From Patescibacteria group bacterium (GTDB lineage: Bacteria; Patescibacteriota; Minisyncoccia; UBA6257; 02-FULL-45-10c): 64,000 bases of DNA. The notes under the pieces were generated by a model. That model worked only from the letters and a program-made list of their open reading frames with translations, was not told the DNA's origin and made no database searches. Where the stretch lies: contig JAGWYA010000004.1 in NCBI GenBank assembly GCA_018969615.1, positions 9,922-73,921 on the forward strand, written 5' to 3'. The position numbers and the translations under genes were made by a program. Shown here piece after piece: positions 57,552 to 64,000 of this stretch (its first letter is position 1; every line of letters begins with the position of its first letter).

Positions 57552-58544
57552 ATGAAGAAGTCGCAGTCGCAATTGAGGCAGGACCTGGTCTCCGGAGACT
57601 GGATCGTCATCGCTCCCGGGCGTGCAAAGCGTCCGCATGATTTTTTAAAAAAACGGCGCCCCCGGCGGCGTTCCCCGAGATCAACCTGTCCTTTTGAGGA
57701 TCCGCAGGCATCGGGCAATGGAGCGCCGATCCTGATCTACGGGGATAAGGCGTGGGAGCTCCAGCTTATTCATAATAAATTTCCCGCATTCGTACATAAG
57801 AATGTCTGCAGCGGGATCATGAAGGACGGACCGTATTCGGTGACCGATACGAGCGGCCATCATGAACTGCTGATCACGCGCGACCACGATAAGAATTTCT
57901 CCCAATTATCCCGGACCCGCGCCCGGCAGGTCCTGGAGGCGTTCCGCGACCGCTATCTGATGCTGACGAACGACAAGTGCATCGAATATATTTCCATGTT
58001 CCAGAACTGGGGCCCCACCGCCGGCGCCTCGATCGCGCATCCGCATTATCAGTTCATCGCCGTTCCGATCGTGCCGCCTGATGTCATGCACTCGCTCCGC
58101 GGCTCGCTGCAGTACGAAAAGGAACGGCATCGGTGCGTTCATTGCGTTATGCTGGCATGGGAGAAGAAATATAAAAAGCGCATCATCTATGAGAACGCCG
58201 GTGCGATCGTGTACGCGCCGTTCGTATCCAAAGCGGCTTTCGAAGTCCGCATTTTTCCCAAGCGCCATCTCCCGTATTTTGAGAATACGCTCGATCATGA
58301 TATGGATTGCGTGGCGGATGCGCTCCAGGCGGCGCTTCGCCGGGTGCGCGCGGTTTTAAAGGACCCGGATTATAATTTCTTCATTCATACGGCTCCGCTG
58401 AAGGACAAGAACCGGTACGGGATGTATCACTGGCATATCGAGATCATTCCCCGGTTCTCATTGAATGCGGGTTTTGAGCTGGGAACGGGAATAGAAATTA
58501 ATTCCGTCGATCCTGATATGGCGGCGCGGCTGCTGCGCGGCTAA
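57552..58544 (+). CDS. galT: Galactose-1-phosphate uridylyltransferase (GalT family)
   Basis: RAKRP, CPF, NKFP, AGASIAHPHYQ, YHWHIEI, AGFELG. Confidence 0.9.
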   Translation: MKKSQSQLRQDLVSGDWIVIAPGRAKRPHDFLKKRRPRRRSPRSTCPFEDPQASGNGAPILIYGDKAWELQLIHNKFPAFVHKNVCSGIMKDGPYSVTDTSGHHELLITRDHDKNFSQLSRTRARQVLEAFRDRYLMLTNDKCIEYISMFQNWGPTAGASIAHPHYQFIAVPIVPPDVMHSLRGSLQYEKERHRCVHCVMLAWEKKYKKRIIYENAGAIVYAPFVSKAAFEVRIFPKRHLPYFENTLDHDMDCVADALQAALRRVRAVLKDPDYNFFIHTAPLKDKNRYGMYHWHIEIIPRFSLNAGFELGTGIEINSVDPDMAARLLRG

Positions 58545-58547
58545 CCT

Positions 58548-59180
58548 ATGTTCGACCTTATCGCATTGATCAAAGCGGCGGGGTATCTTGGTATTTTTGC
58601 CGTGATCTTCGCTGAATCAGGATTGTTCATCGGTTTCTTTTTTCCGGGCGACAGTCTTTTGTTCACCGCCGGGTTTTTGGCGTCGCAGGGGTATCTGCAG
58701 ATCGGCATGGTCATGGTTTTGGTGTTTATCGCGGCGGTCTTGGGCGACACCGCGGGGTATGCGTTCGGCTATCGGGTCGGCCCGATGATCTTCCGCAGGG
58801 AAGATTCGGTGATCTTCCATAAGGATAATCTTTTGCGCGCCGAAGCGTTTTATGAGAAATACGGCAAAAAGACGATCATTCTTGCCCGGTTCCTTCCCGC
58901 GGTTCGGACGTTCGCGCCGATCCTTGCCGGCGTCGGAAAGATGCGTTACCGCACCTTCGTTTCCTATAACGTTATCGGCGGTCTTTTATGGGGCATCGGC
59001 GTTCCCGGATTGGGATATTATCTGGGACGTTCAGTCCCGAATATCGATCACTATTTATTGCCGATCATCGGGCTGATCATTGTTCTTTCGATCCTCCCGA
59101 CCGCTTTTCAGGTCCTCCGGGACCCTCAGCGGCGGGTGCATATTTGGGGTATACTGAAAAGAATAGCATTCAAGAAATAA
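58548..59180 (+). CDS. DedA family membrane protein
   Basis: FAESGL, FPGDSLLFTAG, ARFLPAVRTFAP. Confidence 0.95.
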   Translation: MFDLIALIKAAGYLGIFAVIFAESGLFIGFFFPGDSLLFTAGFLASQGYLQIGMVMVLVFIAAVLGDTAGYAFGYRVGPMIFRREDSVIFHKDNLLRAEAFYEKYGKKTIILARFLPAVRTFAPILAGVGKMRYRTFVSYNVIGGLLWGIGVPGLGYYLGRSVPNIDHYLLPIIGLIIVLSILPTAFQVLRDPQRRVHIWGILKRIAFKK

Positions 59181-59184
59181 CAGA

Positions 59185-59266
59185 TCGAATTGTTCACATG
59201 TTCTGCCTGTTGTAGCTGAACAAGCGCAGCGATAGAACAGGGAGAACATTTATCATCATTAGAACG
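59185..59266. repeat. Intergenic TGTTC/GAACA repeat element related to the mnmA inserts
   Basis: GAACAAGCGCAGCGATAGAACA (59218-59239) is 20/22 identical to 15994-16015. Confidence 0.7.
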
Positions 59267-59272
59267 GATCCA

Positions 59273-60004
59273 ATGGCAAAGCTGATCATGTTCAATTGGA
59301 AAATGAATCCGTCTTCCGTGCAGGAGGCGGGAGTTTTGGCGCAGGCGAGCGATCATGAGCATGTCGTAGTGGTTCCGCCGTTCCCGTATCTGCTGGTGGC
59401 GGGGGATATGCTGACCCGGGCGCAGCTGGGAGCGCAGGATGTATTCTGGGAGAATCCGCCGGAACGAAAAGGGTCCTTTACCGGAGAAGTATCCGCGAGC
59501 CAGCTGAAGGATATGAATGTGAAATACGTGATCGTGGGCCATTCGGAGCGCCGGCATAAGCTGCATGAATCCGATGAGGTCATCGCAAAAAAGCTCCGGA
59601 CGGCTTTCGATGCCGGGTTTATTTCCGTTCTGTGTGTCGGAGAAACGAAAGAGGAGCGGGCGGCCGGAAAGACGGAAGAGGTCATTACGCGCCAGATCGC
59701 GGCCGATCTCTCGCTGATGGCGGGCGTTTCGATCCCGAGCGATCGGATCCTTCTTGCCTATGAGCCGGTTTGGGCGATCGGCACCGGAGATCCGGAAACG
59801 CCGGCAGGAGCGGCAAAGACCATCGGGTTCATTAGATCAGTGCTCCGGTCGCAGATATCGGTGACGCCGCAAGTCCTTTATGGCGGGTCAGTGACCGGCG
59901 ACAACGTGAATGATTTTCTTAAACTTCCCGAGATCGACGGCGTATTAGTGGGAGGTGCGAGCCTGAAGACGGATGAGATCGAAAAAATGCTTGCTTTGCT
60001 CTAG
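59273..60004 (+). CDS. tpiA: Triosephosphate isomerase
   Basis: NWKMN, GHSERR, AYEPVWAIGTG, YGGSV, LVGGAS. Confidence 0.98.
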   Translation: MAKLIMFNWKMNPSSVQEAGVLAQASDHEHVVVVPPFPYLLVAGDMLTRAQLGAQDVFWENPPERKGSFTGEVSASQLKDMNVKYVIVGHSERRHKLHESDEVIAKKLRTAFDAGFISVLCVGETKEERAAGKTEEVITRQIAADLSLMAGVSIPSDRILLAYEPVWAIGTGDPETPAGAAKTIGFIRSVLRSQISVTPQVLYGGSVTGDNVNDFLKLPEIDGVLVGGASLKTDEIEKMLALL

Positions 60005-60007
60005 CAT

Positions 60008-60703
60008 ATGGATTCCCCTGAGAAGGTTATCATCAGAACCGTTGACGATCTGCAGATCGCGGCGCTTTGGTACCAGGCTCACCATCCGAAGGGATGGGTG
60101 TTGCTGGTTCATATGATGCCGGCAGTGAAAGAATCATGGGATATGCTTGCCCAAAGCCTTTCCCATGAAGGATATTGCGCTCTCGCGATCGATCTGCGCG
60201 GCCACGGTGAATCAACCGGGGGTCCGAACGGCTATAAGGAATTCACGGATGCTGAACATCAGGAAAGCAGGAAAGACCTTGAGGCGGCATGGGAGTTTTT
60301 GCGCGCGCATGGCGCGCGCCCGGAAGCTACCGCCGTCCTTGGCGCATCGATCGGGGCGAATCTTGCGCTCCAGTTCCTGGCCGATCACTCACAGGTGCGC
60401 CGCGGAGCCTTGTTCTCCGCCGGTATCAACTATCGCGGCCTGATGAGCGCTGATCAGGCGGTAAGGCTTTCTTCTGCGCAGGAGATCCTGCTTGCTACGA
60501 GCAGGGATGATGATAGTAATACCGCTCAAAACGAGGTATTATATAAAGCGCTTCCCTCATCGATGCGAAAGACATTGATCGTCCTTGATCATGGCGGTCA
60601 TGGAACACATATGCTGTCCGCAGGCAGGGAAGGGAGCCGTCTTTCCGCAGCGGTGACCGAATTCATTCTTCATGGAATACTCTCCTCATTCTCCGAAACA
60701 TGA
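60008..60703 (+). CDS. Alpha/beta-fold hydrolase
   Basis: DLRGHGES, GASIG nucleophile elbow, GHGT. Confidence 0.9.
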   Translation: MDSPEKVIIRTVDDLQIAALWYQAHHPKGWVLLVHMMPAVKESWDMLAQSLSHEGYCALAIDLRGHGESTGGPNGYKEFTDAEHQESRKDLEAAWEFLRAHGARPEATAVLGASIGANLALQFLADHSQVRRGALFSAGINYRGLMSADQAVRLSSAQEILLATSRDDDSNTAQNEVLYKALPSSMRKTLIVLDHGGHGTHMLSAGREGSRLSAAVTEFILHGILSSFSET

Positions 60704-61286
60704 TGTGTGGCTGAGCAGCGGCATCGGCGCAGTGATCGCCGTGCTGATGCTGCCGGTTCTTGCGAATTTTCGCATCGTTCTTTCGCCTGCGCACACGGCG
60801 ATATTCATCGCCGGCATGGCCCTCCTTGCGCTCACCGGATACGGCATTGCGCATGTTTCCAGTAAGCGCTGGCCGGTCGTTATGCAGATCGTGAAGTTCG
60901 CCACGGTCGGTGTTCTGAACTCTTCGATCGATCTCGGCGTGCTCAATACCCTGATCGCGGTGACCGGGATCCCGTTGGGATTATGGTTCTCGGTCTTCAA
61001 ATCGGTCTCGTTCCTGGTGGCGGTCACGAACAGTTATTTTTGGAACAAATATTGGACGTTCCGTGCGACCCATGCCTCGTCTTTGAAGGAGATCGCGCAG
61101 TTCTTTATCGTGAACGTGGGGGGATTTTTGATCAACGTCGGCGTGGCATCGTTCGTCGTGAACGTGATCGGCGCTCCGGCGGGATTCCCGCTCCGCGCCT
61201 GGGCGAATCTGGGGGCGCTTTCCGCGGCGGTCTTCTCAATGACCTGGAATTTCATCGGATTGAAGTTCATCGTTTTTAAGCGGTAG
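60672..61286 (+). CDS. GtrA-family membrane protein
   Basis: KFATVGVLN..ID, NSYFWNKYWTF, WNFIGLKFIVF. Confidence 0.9.
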   Translation: MEYSPHSPKHDVWLSSGIGAVIAVLMLPVLANFRIVLSPAHTAIFIAGMALLALTGYGIAHVSSKRWPVVMQIVKFATVGVLNSSIDLGVLNTLIAVTGIPLGLWFSVFKSVSFLVAVTNSYFWNKYWTFRATHASSLKEIAQFFIVNVGGFLINVGVASFVVNVIGAPAGFPLRAWANLGALSAAVFSMTWNFIGLKFIVFKR

Positions 61287-61327
61287 TATTTCTCTTGCAT
61301 TTTTGGCACGGATATGCTAGGATAAAA

Positions 61328-61424
61328 GTGTGAGTGTGAGTATTCCCGAGCGATGATATCGACTGAGGAATGCCCTTTCTCGCGATTTGTAGCAAAAGAC
61401 TCCCTTCGGGGAGTCTTTTGTTTT
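61328..61424 (+). ncRNA. Candidate small RNA (~95 nt) with its own promoter and terminator
   Basis: TTGCAT-17-TAGGAT with extended TG (61295-61323); hairpin GTATTCC/GGAATGC; 12-bp UUCG terminator at 61393-61420. Confidence 0.6.
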
Positions 61425-61487
61425 GACCGGGGCGGGGAGTGTGCATAAGGCCTACTTGTTGTCCTGCGCGGGCATAGTATAATACAA

Positions 61488-61597
61488 GTGAGTGGTAGGA
61501 GAGCACTCACGCAATACAAATCGCATTGGAGGTCACCACTACCACTCACCGAGCGCAGAACATCGTTTTGTGCGCTGGGTGAGTGGGCTCTTTCGTT
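61488..61597 (+). promoter_or_regulatory. Structured hpf leader with mutually exclusive helices (attenuator-like)
   Basis: TATAAT at 61478; 61488-98 pairs 61539-49 or 61504-10; 61542-57 pairs 61571-86. Confidence 0.6.
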
Positions 61598-61615
61598 CAT
61601 AATTAATCACGATCT

Positions 61616-61945
61616 ATGAGAATACAGATAAGCGCAAAAGGATTTGAACTGACCACGTCGCTGCAGCAATTCGTGGAGGAGAAGATGATGAGCCTTGAGA
61701 AATACGTGTCCCGCTGGGATGAGAACGATTCTGTGATCGTTCGCGTTGAGGTGGCAAAGAACACCAAGCATCACAATAAAGGCGAGGTCTTTTTAGCGGA
61801 GGCCAATATCGATCTGCCGAAGCATCTGGTGCGTATGGAAGTGACCGATGCCGATCTTCATGCCGCCGTTGACGTTCTGAAAGACCGCATGAAGAACGAA
61901 CTTCTGAAATTAAAGGATAAAGAGGATAGCGCGATCCGCGGCTAG
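61616..61945 (+). CDS. raiA: Ribosome hibernation factor HPF/RaiA (short form)
   Basis: MRIQISAKGFELT..L..FVEEK, HHNKGEVFLAEANI, DLHAAVD; upstream of secA. Confidence 0.9.
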   Translation: MRIQISAKGFELTTSLQQFVEEKMMSLEKYVSRWDENDSVIVRVEVAKNTKHHNKGEVFLAEANIDLPKHLVRMEVTDADLHAAVDVLKDRMKNELLKLKDKEDSAIRG

Positions 61946-62009
61946 GGTCCTCGGAATAGCCCTTTCATAATGGGCTATTTTTTATTATCATAGGGAAGCG
62001 ATACTTTGT

Positions 62010-64000
62010 ATGGGATTATTCAATTCTTTATTTGATCCGACCCGGGCGTTACGCGCCCGCGCCGCAATGATCACCGACCTCGAGCCTGAAATAGCGGCTT
62101 TGACCGATGCGCAGCTGAAAGAAGAAAGTGCGCGCCTGAAAGAGCATGCCAGTAAGGGCGAGGACCTGAACGAGCTTTTGCCCCGCGCGTTCGCGCTGAT
62201 CCGCGAGGCGGCAAAGCGGACGCTCAAGCAGCGTCATTTTGACGTCCAATTAATGGGAGGGATCGCTTTGCACGAGGGGAAGATCGCCGAAATGGCGACC
62301 GGTGAAGGAAAGACGCTGTCCTCGACCGCGCCGATCTATTTGAACGCGCTGGGAGGGAAAGGGGTTCATGTCATCACAGTGAACGAATATCTCGCCAAAC
62401 GCGACATGGTCTGGATGGGGCAGATCTACCATTTTCTCGGTCTTTCGGTTGCCTGCCTCGTTCACGAAGGAGCGCTGATGTACGATCCGGAATATATTTC
62501 GAAGAACGCGGAGACGCTTATCGACGCCGAGCGCGATACGACCGGCAGCTTTCTCGTACAGGAAGAATACCTTCGCCCGGTCTCGCGCCGGGAGGCCTAT
62601 GAGGCTGATATTACTTACGGGACGAACCATGAGTTCGGCTTTGATTATCTCCGGGACAACTTGGTCTATGCCAAGGAGCAGCAGGTGCAGACCCGCGGCA
62701 GGAATTACGCGATCATCGATGAGATCGACAGTATTTTGATCGATGAAGCGCGGACCCCGCTGATCATTTCCGCCCCTGATGCGGAATCAAGCGATCATTA
62801 TCGAACGTTCGCCCGGATCGCGGCATCGCTGACCCCGAACGAGGATTATGATCTTGATGAAAAGTTCCGCGCCGTTAATATCCTTGAGCCGGGGATCGAT
62901 AAGGTGGAAAAGACGCTGGGGATCGAAAATATCTACGACGCCGAAAATATCCGCCTGACCCATTATCTCGAAGAAAGCCTGAAAGCGCATGCGCTGTTCA
63001 AGCGGGACAAGGATTACGTCGTGAAGAACGGCGAGATCATCATTGTGGACCAGAACACGGGACGGTTGATGTTCGGCCGGCGCTATTCTGGCGGCCTGCA
63101 CCAGGCGATCGAGGCGAAAGAAGGAGTGCGGATCCAGCAGGAATCGCGGACCTATGCCCAGATCACGATCCAGAACTATTTCCGGCTGTACACGAAGCTT
63201 TCCGGTATGACGGGTACCGCCCAGAGCTCAGCGGAGGAATTCGATAAGGTCTATAAGCTCTCGGCCGTCACGATCCCGACGAACAAACCGATTCAGCGAA
63301 AGGATATGCCCGATCTGATCTTTAAGACCGCTGATGCGAAATTTACGGCCGTGGCGCAGGATATCAAAAAGAGGCAGCAGGATGGTCAGCCGGTCCTGGT
63401 GGGCACGATATCGATCGAAAAGAGCGAAGAGCTTTCGTCGTATCTTCAGCGCGCCGGCGTAAAGCATGAGGTCTTGAACGCAAAGAACAATGAGCGTGAA
63501 GGGGCGATCATTGCGCAGGCCGGCAGAGCGGGCGCGGTGACCGTTGCCACGAACATGGCCGGACGCGGCGTTGATATTATTTTGGGCGGGAATCCGCCGG
63601 ATATTCTGGAATCGGAGAAGGTGAAAAAGCTCGGCGGTTTGCACGTGATCGGCACCGAACGCCATGATGCGCGCCGTATCGACAATCAGCTGCGGGGCCG
63701 TTCCGGCCGTCAGGGCGACCCCGGTTTTTCGCAGTTCTATCTTTCGCTTGAGGACGACCTGATGCGCATTTTCGGCGGCGACCGGATCAAGGGGTTGATG
63801 GAATCGCTGGATATCCCGGAAGATATGCCGATCGAATCGACATGGGTATCCCGGGCGGTCTCTCAGGCGCAAAGCAAGGTTGAGGGTTTCAATTTCGATT
63901 CCCGGAAGCATTTGCTTGATTATGATGATATTTTGAACAAGCAGCGTTTGGCGATCTATGACAAGCGCCAGGGGCTTTTGGAACAGCATGTGCATCCGCA
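62010..64000 (+). CDS. secA: Preprotein translocase ATPase SecA (runs off window)
   Basis: Own translation from ATG 62010: [75 protein letters not shown]. Confidence 0.98.
   Translation, partial: MGLFNSLFDPTRALRARAAMITDLEPEIAALTDAQLKEESARLKEHASKGEDLNELLPRAFALIREAAKRTLKQRHFDVQLMGGIALHEGKIAEMATGEGKTLSSTAPIYLNALGGKGVHVITVNEYLAKRDMVWMGQIYHFLGLSVACLVHEGALMYDPEYISKNAETLIDAERDTTGSFLVQEEYLRPVSRREAYEADITYGTNHEFGFDYLRDNLVYAKEQQVQTRGRNYAIIDEIDSILIDEARTPLIISAPDAESSDHYRTFARIAASLTPNEDYDLDEKFRAVNILEPGIDKVEKTLGIENIYDAENIRLTHYLEESLKAHALFKRDKDYVVKNGEIIIVDQNTGRLMFGRRYSGGLHQAIEAKEGVRIQQESRTYAQITIQNYFRLYTKLSGMTGTAQSSAEEFDKVYKLSAVTIPTNKPIQRKDMPDLIFKTADAKFTAVAQDIKKRQQDGQPVLVGTISIEKSEELSSYLQRAGVKHEVLNAKNNEREGAIIAQAGRAGAVTVATNMAGRGVDIILGGNPPDILESEKVKKLGGLHVIGTERHDARRIDNQLRGRSGRQGDPGFSQFYLSLEDDLMRIFGGDRIKGLMESLDIPEDMPIESTWVSRAVSQAQSKVEGFNFDSRKHLLDYDDILNKQRLAIYDKRQGLLEQHVHP

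Noticed and set aside
220-63995. Long antisense or overlapping ORFs (for example 6340-7275, 24203-25555, 39067-40011, 55449-56645, 63228-63995)
   Set aside because: Shadow frames of well-supported GC3-rich genes with no independent motifs.
1-64000. Alternative genetic code (UGA recoded, as in Gracilibacteria)
   Set aside because: Core genes are full length under the standard code and TGA terminates grpE at the expected end.

Overview
Gene-dense chromosomal segment that looks like a streamlined CPR/Patescibacteria (Parcubacteria-like) bacterium. This is an inference from the DUF5667 protein, the FtsA-like plus baseplate-J-like pair, trimmed aminoacyl-tRNA synthetases and the non-canonical EF-P loop. 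Most of it is housekeeping: recR(part)-dnaB-cysS, CIRCE-hrcA-grpE-dnaK-dnaJ, secDF, efp, mnmA, aspS-ndk, dnaG-rpoD, alaS, infA-rpmJ-rpsM-rpsK-rpsD-rpoA-rplQ-rplM-rpsI, murA, two mreB, mrdA, proS, tpiA, hpf, secA(part), tRNA-Lys and tRNA-Pro. The most unusual signals are non-coding. (1) A small stand-alone RNA gene is complementary to a terminator/antiterminator leader of hpf/raiA, suggesting an sRNA-activated attenuator. (2) Two promoter- and terminator-bounded, highly structured, ORF-less RNAs lie at about 17.9-18.2 kb and 21.3-21.4 kb. (3) Short repeat families occur intergenically and also as in-frame insertions in mnmA and holB, with similar inserts in grpE and dnaJ. (4) Both tRNAs carry integrase-less micro-insertions with partial tRNA duplications. 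Accessory single-gene cassettes include a nucleotide-processing cluster next to ndk, a presenilin/SPP-type protease, a beta-barrel-like/transglutaminase-like protein and an orphan Xre/MbcA antitoxin. All calls are by eye; no searches or folding computations were run.
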